NCBI GenBank assembly: GCA_964527185.1 | Contig: CAZGOI010000001.1 | Span: forward strand, 167,097 to 231,096 | Reading direction: 5' to 3' | DNA length: 64,000 nucleotides | DNA from: an uncultured Candidatus Saccharibacteria bacterium | GTDB lineage: Bacteria; Patescibacteriota; Minisyncoccia; Phycocordibacterales; UBA9973 | In this document: positions 36,590 through 46,202 of the stretch, one piece after another | Layout of the letters: each line of letters opens with the position of its first letter | Numbering within the stretch: position 1 is the stretch's first letter | Notes under the pieces: generated by a model | Seen by the model: the letters and a program-made list of their open reading frames with translations, nothing else | What the model was told of the DNA's origin: nothing | Databases searched by the model: none | Translations under genes and position numbers: made by a program

Positions 36590-39322
36590 ATGGAAGGTTT
36601 GAATTTAGATAATGCTCCGAAGTTTAAAACTCCGCAGGAAGAGTTAGAATTTTTACGCGCGCATATCAAGGAGCGCGAGAAATTGTTGCAAGAATCTGGG
36701 CAAGAAGTTTACCACGAAAATCTGGCAGACGACGTTCTTTCTGAATATCGCAAGTTTGAGCCAGAAGAGGTCATGCACAAGAGCGCCACCATCAAAGAAA
36801 AAGACGCGCAAGACCTGGTCTTGCGTCTCCACCCAGAACCCCACGATAAGAAGATGGAAGAAATGCTCGGCATACTTCTCGACAAAGGTATTTCAAACGC
36901 CCTGTCGATCATCGGCAAGATGAACAACCCGCACCTAGACGACGACTTTCACCGATTCCTCGTCCAATACCTCTACAGCACCCACAAAATCCCCGGCCTA
37001 AAAGAAGGCAGCCCGCTTTTCAAGTCGCTCGACATGAAACTTTTTGAAATAACACTGCCAGACCCGACAGAAGACGAAAAAGAAAAGAAAAATTTAAAAG
37101 AATTACTCTCGGCTATGGATCAATTCTATGCCGGCATGCACTCGGTTGGCCTTGGCCGTGAAAATGCCAACCGCAATCACTTCACACTCGAGATCGCCCT
37201 GGCCGAAGGCAGCGACAGCTTTGTTTTCTATACCGCCGTCCCGACCCACAAAGCTGAACTTTTTGAAAAACAATTAATCGGCGTTCACCCAAACGCAAAA
37301 GTCAACGAAATTTCCGACGACTACAATATTTTCACCGAGGGTGGTTCGGTCGCGGCCTCGTATGCCACCCTTGCCAACCCCGAAGTCTACCCGATCAAGC
37401 TCTATGATTCCTTCGACCACGACCCGCTCAATATCATCCTCAACGTTTTTACTAAATTAAAAAAGACCGGCGAAGGCGCAGCCATCCAATTCACCATCTG
37501 CCCAGAAGACGACGATATCATAAAAAAATTCCACATAATTTTGGGCGATGTCAAAGAGGGAATGTCGGTCAAAACGGCTTCGAGCATGACTCGCCAATTC
37601 GGCAAAGAAGTCGGTGCCCTCCTAACCCATGCATTTACGGGGCAAAATAAAAAAGAAGAAAAAAAAGTAGATGAAAAAGTAGTCGAAGACATCGGTGAGA
37701 AAATAAAAAGCACGATCATGGCCGCCAATATCCGCATCGTCACCTCGGCCGAGACCAGCCTGCGCGCCAAGCAGATACTCTCTGACATCGAATCTTCATT
37801 CAACCAATTCACCGAATCGCACAGGAACGGCTTTAATTGGAATCACCCCGACGGTCGCAGTTTGCACGACCTGGTGCACGATTTTTCATACAGAAATTTT
37901 AGCGACAAATATTCTATGCCGCTCAATCTAAAAGAACTCTCGACGGTTTTTCATTTCCCATACGGCATTTCTTCTTCACCACAATTAAAACAAGCCCGAG
38001 CTGGCATCGCCCCAGCGCCGATTGAAATAGGAACCGAGGGCGTCGCCCTTGGAACCAATAGCTATCGAGGCAAAGATACAATAATCCATTTTGCCGAGGA
38101 AGATCGCATGCGGCATCTATATGTCATCGGCCAGACAGGTACCGGCAAAACAACGATTATGAAAAATATGATCGCCCAAGATATCGCCGCCGGCCACGGT
38201 GTCTGCTATATCGACCCGCACGGGACAGACATTCAAGATATTTTAAGCTACATTCCAAAAGAGCGCATCGACGATGTCATATATTTCGACCCGGCCTATA
38301 CTGCTCGGCCGATGGGCCTCAACATGCTCGAGTATGACCCAAAATATCCCGAGCAGAAAACTTTTGTCGTCAATGAGCTGATGAATATTTTCAATAAGCT
38401 TTTTGATATGAAGACGGCTGGTGGCCCGATGTTTGAACAGTATTTCAAAAATTCTGCCTTCCTAGTCATGGAGCACCCAGAGAGCGGCGCCACACTGCTT
38501 GAGATCGGGCGTGTGCTCTCCGACAAGGAATTCCGCGATATGAAACTCTCGCATTGCAAAAACCCGATCATCACCCAATTTTGGAAAAGCGCCGAGCAAA
38601 CAACCGGCGACCAGTCGATCGCCAATTTTGTACCGTACATCACATCAAAATTCGACAACTTCATTTCAAACGACATCATGCGCCCGGTAGTCCTTCAAGA
38701 AAAGTCGGTTTTCAACTTCCGCGATATCATGGACAATAAAAAAATCCTCCTGGTCAATCTTTCAAAAGGCCGACTCGGTGATATCAACGCCGACCTAATC
38801 GGGCTCGTAATCGTAAATAAAATTCAGATGGCGGCGCTGTCGCGCGTCGATATGTATGGCAAGGCGATGGAAGACTTTTTCCTGTACATCGATGAATTTC
38901 AAAATGTCACAACCGATTCGATCGAATCTATTCTGTCAGAAGCCCGCAAATACCGCCTGTCGCTTACCGTCGCCCACCAATACATCGCCCAGCTCGAAGA
39001 AAATATCAAAAACGCTGTCTTTGGCAACGTCGGCTCGATGGCCGTTTTTCGCGTTGGAGCCGAAGACGCCGAAGCCCTCGAGAGCAAATTCAAGCCGACA
39101 TTTACCACAGCCGACATCATGAAAATTGAAAATTACAATGCCTACATTTCGATGCTAGTGAATGGCCAGCCGACAAAACCTTTCAACATCGCAACATTTC
39201 CACCGCCACAGGGCAACATGGAGATCGTCGAGAGCATAAAAGAACTCTCATACCTTAAATATGGCCGCGACCGCAATGAAGTCGAAGAAGAAATTATGAA
39301 TAAATATCGACAGGGTGCATAG
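36590..39322 (+). CDS. VirD4/TraG-like (HerA/FtsK clan) ATPase typical of CPR
   Basis: RMRHLYVIGQTGTGKT Walker A, IDPHG, YIDEFQN Walker B, SEARKYRLSLTVAHQ. Confidence 0.88.
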   Translation: MEGLNLDNAPKFKTPQEELEFLRAHIKEREKLLQESGQEVYHENLADDVLSEYRKFEPEEVMHKSATIKEKDAQDLVLRLHPEPHDKKMEEMLGILLDKGISNALSIIGKMNNPHLDDDFHRFLVQYLYSTHKIPGLKEGSPLFKSLDMKLFEITLPDPTEDEKEKKNLKELLSAMDQFYAGMHSVGLGRENANRNHFTLEIALAEGSDSFVFYTAVPTHKAELFEKQLIGVHPNAKVNEISDDYNIFTEGGSVAASYATLANPEVYPIKLYDSFDHDPLNIILNVFTKLKKTGEGAAIQFTICPEDDDIIKKFHIILGDVKEGMSVKTASSMTRQFGKEVGALLTHAFTGQNKKEEKKVDEKVVEDIGEKIKSTIMAANIRIVTSAETSLRAKQILSDIESSFNQFTESHRNGFNWNHPDGRSLHDLVHDFSYRNFSDKYSMPLNLKELSTVFHFPYGISSSPQLKQARAGIAPAPIEIGTEGVALGTNSYRGKDTIIHFAEEDRMRHLYVIGQTGTGKTTIMKNMIAQDIAAGHGVCYIDPHGTDIQDILSYIPKERIDDVIYFDPAYTARPMGLNMLEYDPKYPEQKTFVVNELMNIFNKLFDMKTAGGPMFEQYFKNSAFLVMEHPESGATLLEIGRVLSDKEFRDMKLSHCKNPIITQFWKSAEQTTGDQSIANFVPYITSKFDNFISNDIMRPVVLQEKSVFNFRDIMDNKKILLVNLSKGRLGDINADLIGLVIVNKIQMAALSRVDMYGKAMEDFFLYIDEFQNVTTDSIESILSEARKYRLSLTVAHQYIAQLEENIKNAVFGNVGSMAVFRVGAEDAEALESKFKPTFTTADIMKIENYNAYISMLVNGQPTKPFNIATFPPPQGNMEIVESIKELSYLKYGRDRNEVEEEIMNKYRQGA

Positions 39323-39324
39323 TT

Positions 39325-39894
39325 ATGGAAGAAATAGAAGTAAAATTTTTAGAGATAGATATAGATATTTTAAAAAATAAACTCAAAAGTCTTGGGGCAA
39401 CTTTCATGGGAAGTTTCGATTATAAAAGAAAAGCATATGACTTTGCTGATAGATCTCTTGCAGAAAAAAATGCTTGGGTAAGGTTGCGTGATGAAGGCGA
39501 TAGAGTAGTTCTTACATATAAGCAACGTTTTGGTATTGAAAAAGATATTCTTCAGGGTGGAGGCATGAAAGAAGTTGAAACAATTGTCAGTGATTTTGTT
39601 ATTACTGATGAGTTCCTATCCTCTATCGGTATGATTCAAAAGTTTTATGAGGAAAATAAACGTGAAAGGTATATTCTTGATAACGTAGAAATAGATATTG
39701 ATACATGGCCGATGATTCCTCCGTATGTTGAACTTGAGGGTAGCACATGGAATGCAGTAGAAGCAGTATCTAAAAAACTTGGGTTTGATTGGAGTAAACA
39801 TTTTAAATGTTCGACGATGCAAATATATGAAAAATACGGGATTAATGAAAACGACTACTCAGTTATTACTTTTACGGAACAGATTAAAAAGTAA
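39325..39894 (+). CDS. CYTH domain protein (class IV adenylate cyclase-like)
   Basis: EIEVK motif, VRLRDEG...LTYK, IDIDTWP..PPYVELEG. Confidence 0.88.
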   Translation: MEEIEVKFLEIDIDILKNKLKSLGATFMGSFDYKRKAYDFADRSLAEKNAWVRLRDEGDRVVLTYKQRFGIEKDILQGGGMKEVETIVSDFVITDEFLSSIGMIQKFYEENKRERYILDNVEIDIDTWPMIPPYVELEGSTWNAVEAVSKKLGFDWSKHFKCSTMQIYEKYGINENDYSVITFTEQIKK

Positions 39895-39961
39895 TTGCAA
39901 AATATCAGTTTTTTTGCTATATTACAAGTATTAATACAACCGCGAAAGCGATTTTTTATTT

Positions 39962-40546
39962 ATGAAACACCCAAAAGAAGAACTTACATATGTTATGCTT
40001 AAACCAGATGGCGTCCGCAAAGGACTCACTGGTGAGGTTATTAGGCGCTTTGAACAGCGTGATCTCAAGATCGTTGCCCTCGAAATGTTTATGCCCCAAT
40101 TCGACAAGGTCAACGACCACTACCCAAAGAGCGAAGATTGGATCACTCGCCTTGGCAACAAAACACTCACCACATATGAAAAATATGGCTATGACGCGAT
40201 GAAAGATTTTGGTACAACCGATCCATCAAAAATTGGCCCTGAAATACGCAAATGGCTTATCGACTATATGACCTCAGCCCCCCTTGTAAAAATGGTGATA
40301 AAAGGTGTACACGCAGTTGACGTCGTAAGAAAAATTGCCGGCGATACCATGCCATACAAAGCCGATATAGGTACAATCCGTGGCGATTTTTCTATCGATA
40401 GTCCTGCCCTTGCCAACATGGAAAAGCGCGCAGTGATGAACATCGTCCACTGTTCAGAGACTCCAGAAGAAGCAGAACATGAGATTAAACATTGGTTTGG
40501 TGATTTAAAGATTTTAGATTACAAACGCTTTGGAGTAGATGAGTAA
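39962..40546 (+). CDS. ndk: Nucleoside diphosphate kinase
   Basis: TYVMLKPDGV, GTIRGDF, NIVHCSE. Confidence 0.93.
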   Translation: MKHPKEELTYVMLKPDGVRKGLTGEVIRRFEQRDLKIVALEMFMPQFDKVNDHYPKSEDWITRLGNKTLTTYEKYGYDAMKDFGTTDPSKIGPEIRKWLIDYMTSAPLVKMVIKGVHAVDVVRKIAGDTMPYKADIGTIRGDFSIDSPALANMEKRAVMNIVHCSETPEEAEHEIKHWFGDLKILDYKRFGVDE

Positions 40547-40589
40547 AACATAAAATCCCCGAAAGGGGATTTTATGCTAATATAGCCAT

Positions 40590-41129
40590 ATGCATGAAAT
40601 AGAAACTAAAATACTAGAAGTTAATACTAGTGATATAGCCAAGAAATTAAGCGCGCTTGGATCGGAAAAAATACAAGATGTCTTACTTAGCGTCGATTGG
40701 TTTAGTTTAAGTGGAGTTACCAAGGAAAACAACCCTTGGTTTCTTAGAGTCCGTTCATACAATACTGGTAAAGTTGAAGTCACTTGGAAAGCAAAATCAG
40801 AAATATTGGGTGTGGCTCGCAAGCATAAAGAAATAAATCTGATTGTCGATAGTCACGAAGAAGCCAAAAATCTTTTTGAAGAAATTGGTCTTGTGCTATA
40901 TGCTCATCAGGAAAAGAAAAGAACGTCATGGAAACTTAATAGTATCCAGTTTGATTTAGATACTTACCCAAACATGCCTCCTTATCTTGAGATTGAAGCT
41001 GGGAGTGAAAAAGAAATAACTGAAATGATAAAACAACTCGAACTTGAGGAAAATGATACATGGAATGATGGAGAACGAACTTTAATTGAAGAAAAATATA
41101 AACTTAACTGGAGTGATATGAAATTTTAG
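40590..41129 (+). CDS. CYTH domain protein
   Basis: EIETK motif, LRVR, KKRTSW, FDLDTYP..PPYLEIEA. Confidence 0.88.
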   Translation: MHEIETKILEVNTSDIAKKLSALGSEKIQDVLLSVDWFSLSGVTKENNPWFLRVRSYNTGKVEVTWKAKSEILGVARKHKEINLIVDSHEEAKNLFEEIGLVLYAHQEKKRTSWKLNSIQFDLDTYPNMPPYLEIEAGSEKEITEMIKQLELEENDTWNDGERTLIEEKYKLNWSDMKF

Positions 41130-41135
41130 AGTTTT

Positions 41136-41780
41136 ATGCGGAAAATTACTGATATATACGAAGAATACAAAATCATGCCGAATTTGCAGTTGCATCAGCT
41201 GCGAGTCACTGCTGTAGCCAAGCAAATTTGCGAATCATTGGATATAGAACTAGACAAGAAATTAATAATAACAGCGGCTCTTGTTCACGATATGGGTAAC
41301 ATTATAAAATCTGACCTTGGTTACTTTTCAGAATTTATAGAATCGGGGCAACTGGGATACTGGGAGGAGGTTAAAGAGCAATATATAAAAAAATACGGAA
41401 AAGATGAGCATGAAGCCACAGTAAAAATTCTTAAAGAACTTGGTTTACCTGAAAGTATAGTAGAGCTTGCAAGCGAGAATCGTTTTTCTTTACTTTGTGC
41501 CCATGCTTTGGGCAAAGATCTCAATCTTAAAATAATTCATTATTCAGATATGCGAGTGGGCCCCTACGGCGTCCTTTCGTATGAAGAGCGAATGAATGAG
41601 GCAAAGAAGCGTTATAAGAATCGCTCAGGGGGCATAGAGGGAAATGAGCGTCAGAAGCTCGTTGATTGTGGTAAAGAAATAGAAAAACAGATTTTTGCTC
41701 ACTCAAACATCAAACCAGAAGATATAAATGATGAATCTGTGGCGAATGATATTGAGGAATTGAAAAATTTTGAAATCTAA
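41136..41780 (+). CDS. HD domain phosphohydrolase
   Basis: H..RV, AALVHDMGN, H, YSDMR motifs. Confidence 0.82.
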   Translation: MRKITDIYEEYKIMPNLQLHQLRVTAVAKQICESLDIELDKKLIITAALVHDMGNIIKSDLGYFSEFIESGQLGYWEEVKEQYIKKYGKDEHEATVKILKELGLPESIVELASENRFSLLCAHALGKDLNLKIIHYSDMRVGPYGVLSYEERMNEAKKRYKNRSGGIEGNERQKLVDCGKEIEKQIFAHSNIKPEDINDESVANDIEELKNFEI

Positions 41781-41866
41781 ACTCTAAATTTAACTTGAAA
41801 TACTGTCAAAAGTGTGTTTTTTTGAAAAAAAACTTGCGCGGGTATAGGCTAGGAGTATACTGAAAG

Positions 41867-42018
41867 TAGGGTTATTTGAAATGTATTACCTAGATCATAA
41901 TTTATAGGGGGCAAAGTGTTTTGATACGAGCGCTGTAACATTATTAATGTAGACAAACCTCTATCATCCATAGTCCCACTTAGCATAACGCTATGGTAAT
42001 ATCATTCAAATAGTCCTA
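41867..42018 (+). ncRNA. Candidate 6S-like small RNA
   Basis: Promoter TTGCGC-16-TATACT; 5' TAGGGTTATTTGAA.ATGTATTACC pairs with 3' GGTAATATCA.TTCAAATAGTCCTA; central unpaired region; U-tailed terminator at 42026-42058. Confidence 0.5.
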
Positions 42019-42088
42019 ATAAGAGATTCTTCCTAGATTTGGAAGGATTTTTTATTTTTAACTGAAATTAGAGTATAATCTACCCATA

Positions 42089-43459
42089 ATGGCTTCTGCT
42101 ACAGAATTAAAAATCACTTTTTGCTCCGGCGCTGGAACGGTCACCGGGGCTAATTTTCTACTCGAAGGCAATGGTAAAAGGTTTTTGATCGATTGCGGCC
42201 TCGTCCAGGGCGAGAAAGTTGGCGAAGAGCTCAACCTCAAACCATTTCCATACGACCCCGCCTCGATCGACGCGCTTTTTATCACCCACGGCCACATCGA
42301 CCACATCGGTCGCATACCGAAGCTCGTCGAATTTGGTTTCAAGGGTCGAATAATATCGACAATCCCGACCAAAGATATCGCAAGGGTTATGCTCATTGAT
42401 ATGGATGAAATTCTTTCACACGACAAGGCCGACAAGCTAGATGAAATTTACACAAAAGAAAACGAAGAGAAAGCGATGAGGATGTGGGAGACGATAGACT
42501 ACCACCAACCCCTTGGTTTTGATGGCGGTTTTAGTTTTTTATACAAAGACGCTGGGCACATACTCGGCTCGGGCATGCTCGAAGTCTCTTACAACAATAA
42601 AAAAATTGTTTTTACCGGCGACTTGGGCAACTCGCCATCGCCGATACTTTGCGACACCGAAGTTATTAACGACGCTGATTATCTGATAATGGAATCTGTT
42701 TATGGCGATCGCAATCACGAAGGTCGCGATGAACGCAAGAAAAAACTCGCCCAAGTTATCAACGACAACTACAAACGCAAGGGCACGCTCGTCGTTCCGA
42801 CTTTTTCACTCGAACGCACCCAGGATTTGCTGTTTGAAATAGACTCGCTGTTGAATTCTAATTCAATTCCAAAAATGAAAATATTCCTCGACTCGCCGCT
42901 CGCAATTAAACTCACCGATGTCTATTTGAAGTACGAAAAATATTTTAACGATATAGCTCGCAAAGTTGTTTCAACCGGCGACAAGATTTTTAACTTCCCA
43001 GAACTGGTCGAGACCCCAGAAACTGACGAGTCAAAAGCCATCCTTCGGGCCACTAGCCCAAAAATAATAATTGCCGGCAGTGGCATGTCAAACGGTGGGC
43101 GCATTATTCACCACGAGAAAAATTACTTGCCCGATGGCAATAACACCATACTCCTAACAGGCTTCCAATCTGTCGGGACGCTAGGCCGATTGATACAAGA
43201 AGGCACCCGAAATCTTCGCATCCAAGGTGAAAATATAAAACTGCGCGCCCATGTCGAGATGATCCGCGGCTACTCTGGTCATAAAGATTCAAACCACCTG
43301 GTCGAATTTGTCGAAGACACGGCCAAAACAGTCAAAAAAGTTTTTGTCGTCATGGGTGAACCCCAATCTTCGATGTTTCTAGCCCAGAAGCTTCGCGACA
43401 ATTTAAATATCGATGCCTACGTCCCAGAAGCCGGCGAGCAAGTCGTGATAGAATGTTAA
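42089..43459 (+). CDS. MBL-fold beta-CASP RNA-processing metallo-hydrolase
   Basis: THGHIDHIGR, AGHILGS, TGDLG, MESVYG, YSGHKD. Confidence 0.93.
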   Translation: MASATELKITFCSGAGTVTGANFLLEGNGKRFLIDCGLVQGEKVGEELNLKPFPYDPASIDALFITHGHIDHIGRIPKLVEFGFKGRIISTIPTKDIARVMLIDMDEILSHDKADKLDEIYTKENEEKAMRMWETIDYHQPLGFDGGFSFLYKDAGHILGSGMLEVSYNNKKIVFTGDLGNSPSPILCDTEVINDADYLIMESVYGDRNHEGRDERKKKLAQVINDNYKRKGTLVVPTFSLERTQDLLFEIDSLLNSNSIPKMKIFLDSPLAIKLTDVYLKYEKYFNDIARKVVSTGDKIFNFPELVETPETDESKAILRATSPKIIIAGSGMSNGGRIIHHEKNYLPDGNNTILLTGFQSVGTLGRLIQEGTRNLRIQGENIKLRAHVEMIRGYSGHKDSNHLVEFVEDTAKTVKKVFVVMGEPQSSMFLAQKLRDNLNIDAYVPEAGEQVVIEC

Positions 43460-43465
43460 AGTATT

Positions 43466-44104
43466 ATGAAAACAGAAAAAAATAAAACCGAGTATCTCTG
43501 CTACAATGGTCCAATCGGCAACGGCGACAGGCACAACCATTTAAAATTAAAAATTGCCGTCTGCGGAGCAGCTGAAACAACAACCTGTGGGGCAAATGCC
43601 TTCAACCAAGCCAAAGCCCTTGGTCGGGAGATAGTCTGCCAAGGAGGGATTTTAGTTACCGGCGCAACAGCCGGGTTTCCGATGTGGGCAGCAATTGGGG
43701 CCAAAGATGAAAAGGGAATCAGCATTGGTATTTCACCGGCTGCCAACGAACACGAACACATAGACACATATCGTTTGCCGCTTGATTATATGGATCTCAT
43801 CATCTACACCGGTTTTGGTTTTCCTGGCCGGGATTTGTTGCTCACACGTTCCTGCGATGCTATCATCCTCGGTTGTGGGCGAATAGGCACTATACACGAA
43901 TTCACGATTGCATTTGAAGACGACAAGCCGATCGGGGTGCTCGAGGGCGATTGGGATACTTCAAAGACCATACGCGAGATCATCGAACGCGGCAATCGGC
44001 AAAATGACAAAATAATTTTCGACAAAGACCCAAAAGTTCTAGTCGAAAAAATTCTGATGATGGCCTCTAAAAATAAAACGCCAAAAGAAAACTCTCTAGA
44101 TTAG
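43466..44104 (+). CDS. LOG/SLOG family protein
   Basis: LVTGATAGFP, SIGISP, GRIGTIHEF (PGGxGTxxE-like). Confidence 0.8.
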   Translation: MKTEKNKTEYLCYNGPIGNGDRHNHLKLKIAVCGAAETTTCGANAFNQAKALGREIVCQGGILVTGATAGFPMWAAIGAKDEKGISIGISPAANEHEHIDTYRLPLDYMDLIIYTGFGFPGRDLLLTRSCDAIILGCGRIGTIHEFTIAFEDDKPIGVLEGDWDTSKTIREIIERGNRQNDKIIFDKDPKVLVEKILMMASKNKTPKENSLD

Positions 44105-44119
44105 CTAGAGAGTTTTCTT

Positions 44120-44461
44120 TTACATATTCTTTATAATTCTTGAAAATGTCTCTGGGTTTCGCATTGCGATATCAGAGAGGATTTTGCGATCGAGTTTTAC
44201 ATTTTTCTTTTTCAAAGTATCGATAAATTTGCTATATGAAAGTCCATGCTCGCGAACGCTGGCGTTGATGCGTGTCGTCCACAGGCTTCGCTGGTCTGCT
44301 TTTTTGTCTTTTCTATGGGCAAAAGAATATGCCCCAGCGTGCATGATAGCTTCTTTGGCTTGAGCTTCTTTTTTACTGCGGCCAAATCTAAAGCCTTTTG
44401 TTTGAGCCAAAATGTTCCTACGACGCTTATTTTTTATTACACCTCTTTTTACTCTTGTCAT
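44120..44461 (-). CDS. rplT: 50S ribosomal protein L20
   Basis: MTRVKRG, RSLWTTRINA, SYSKFI, LDRKILSDIA. Confidence 0.97.
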   Translation of the reverse strand: MTRVKRGVIKNKRRRNILAQTKGFRFGRSKKEAQAKEAIMHAGAYSFAHRKDKKADQRSLWTTRINASVREHGLSYSKFIDTLKKKNVKLDRKILSDIAMRNPETFSRIIKNM

Positions 44462-44481
44462 GTCTTTTTATTTATTAGTAA

Positions 44482-44673
44482 TTATGCATTTGGTAAATAA
44501 GTCCTTGTGATTTTATTTGTCAAAACCATTTTGTTCATCCTTTTGCCGCCGAGCTGCTTGCTGCGCGATTGCTTGGCATTGAAATGGTTAAAACCTGGCG
44601 CTCGCGAAAGAACCTTGCCATTTTTTGTGACTTTCAAACGCTTTGTTAATGATTTATTTGTTTTGATGCTCAT
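44482..44673 (-). CDS. rpmI: 50S ribosomal protein L35
   Basis: KTNKSLTKRLKVTKNGK; located between infC and rplT. Confidence 0.92.
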   Translation of the reverse strand: MSIKTNKSLTKRLKVTKNGKVLSRAPGFNHFNAKQSRSKQLGGKRMNKMVLTNKITRTYLPNA

Positions 44674-44693
44674 ACTTGTGCGCCTTTGGCGTA

Positions 44694-45206
44694 TTATTTC
44701 TTTAAATCTCTTTCAATTGTAATCGTCGGACCCTTGGGACCCCTTTTTAACTCTTCGGCCACTTTATAATTTTCGGTTATAAGGTCTAGTACCCGATTTA
44801 ATCTTTCCTTTAAAAATTCATCTGGCATAAATTTTGACCGGCCAGATAAGAAGAGCTCGACTTTTATTCTATGTCCGTCTTTGAGCCATTCCGAAGCCTT
44901 GCGAGCCTTGAGTGCTAAGTCATTGTCGCCAGTACCGATCTTGACTTGAATTGACTTAGTCTCGGTTGGCTTGGATCCTGCCTTGGCCTTTTTCTGCTTC
45001 TTATTTTGTTCGTACTGGTATTTGCCGTAATCTGCTATCTTTGCTATCGGTGGGGTCGAGGTTGCAGAGATTTCAATCAAATCGAGACCTTCTTTTTCAG
45101 CCATTGACAGGGCTTCTTTAAAACTCAAAACGCCTAGGTTTTCGCCTTTGCTTGAGATTACACGAATCTCGCTAGCGCGTATTTGATTATTTACCCTTTC
45201 CTTCAA
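44694..45206 (-). CDS. infC: Translation initiation factor IF-3 (TTG start)
   Basis: NNQIRASEIRVI, GLDLIEIS, PPIAKIADYGKYQYE; an in-frame stop just upstream limits the start to the TTG region. Confidence 0.95.
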   Translation of the reverse strand: MKERVNNQIRASEIRVISSKGENLGVLSFKEALSMAEKEGLDLIEISATSTPPIAKIADYGKYQYEQNKKQKKAKAGSKPTETKSIQVKIGTGDNDLALKARKASEWLKDGHRIKVELFLSGRSKFMPDEFLKERLNRVLDLITENYKVAEELKRGPKGPTITIERDLKK

Positions 45207-45286
45207 TTGCGATTTAGTTTAGCCGATAGAAATAAATAGATTACTACCTAGGGCCTATACTAGCACATATATGCTAGTATAGCAAC

Positions 45287-46069
45287 ATGAAAGAAAATGT
45301 AATCATCGCCTACAAAAATCTTGGCGAGACCCCACTTGAATGCCTAGAGCTCGTTAGACTATCGCGAAAAATTTCCCAAAATACCAAAATGACATACGCC
45401 GGCCGGCTCGACCCGATGGCCGAAGGGGTTTTGCTACTTCTTTTAGGCGAGGAATGCAAAAATAAAGAAAAATATTTAGGGCTGGACAAAACATATGAGT
45501 TTGAAATCCTTGTTGGTTTTTCGACGGATACTCATGATTTACTCGGATTGGTAACTTCGTCACTAGACAAAATTTCTGGTCCTCGGGTAAAATCGCCAGA
45601 CGCAAAAATTTTGTCTAGTGATTCCCTTTTAAAACATTTCATTGGTCTTGTTGTCCAAAAGTATCCAAAATTTTCTTCAAAAACTATAGATGGCAAGCCA
45701 CTATTTAGGCTCTCACGGCAAGGCAAATTCGAATCTGGCCAACCAGAACACCAAGTCACAATCTATGAACTGAAATTCGAAGAAAATAGAAAGATCTCAA
45801 AAGAAAATTTAGAAAAAGAAATCACAAGGCGCATAGGTCTAGTATCTGGAGACTTCAGACAGGAAGAAATAAAAAAATCTTGGCAAACCGCACTCGAAAA
45901 ATCGATTGAGGAGAATTATAAAATTATAAAACTAACATGCAAATGCAGTAGCGGCACGTACATACGGCAATTAACCGAAGACATCGGTCGCGAGGTTGGC
46001 TTACCGCTCGTTACGTTCTCGATCAAGAGAACCCAAATAGGTTTATACACACTCGATGGTATTTTTTAA
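45287..46069 (+). CDS. truB: tRNA pseudouridine synthase B-like
   Basis: AGRLDPMAEGVL, TDTHDLLG, CSSGTYIR. Confidence 0.85.
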   Translation: MKENVIIAYKNLGETPLECLELVRLSRKISQNTKMTYAGRLDPMAEGVLLLLLGEECKNKEKYLGLDKTYEFEILVGFSTDTHDLLGLVTSSLDKISGPRVKSPDAKILSSDSLLKHFIGLVVQKYPKFSSKTIDGKPLFRLSRQGKFESGQPEHQVTIYELKFEENRKISKENLEKEITRRIGLVSGDFRQEEIKKSWQTALEKSIEENYKIIKLTCKCSSGTYIRQLTEDIGREVGLPLVTFSIKRTQIGLYTLDGIF

Positions 46070-46202
46070 TATATAGAAAAGGTATAATTAAGGTAAGATT
46101 TTTCTTGTTAAAACTCCTCAAAATATTTGTTCTAGAATTCCAAGCAGTCGGCAGTTGTAGAAATCCGAAATGAAGGCATGGTTTCAATCCAATACTATGC
46201 CT

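Noticed and set aside
36590-39322. Conjugative element inferred from the VirD4/TraG-like ATPase
   Set aside because: No relaxase, VirB4 or other T4SS genes or integrase nearby; such ATPases are common chromosomal genes in CPR
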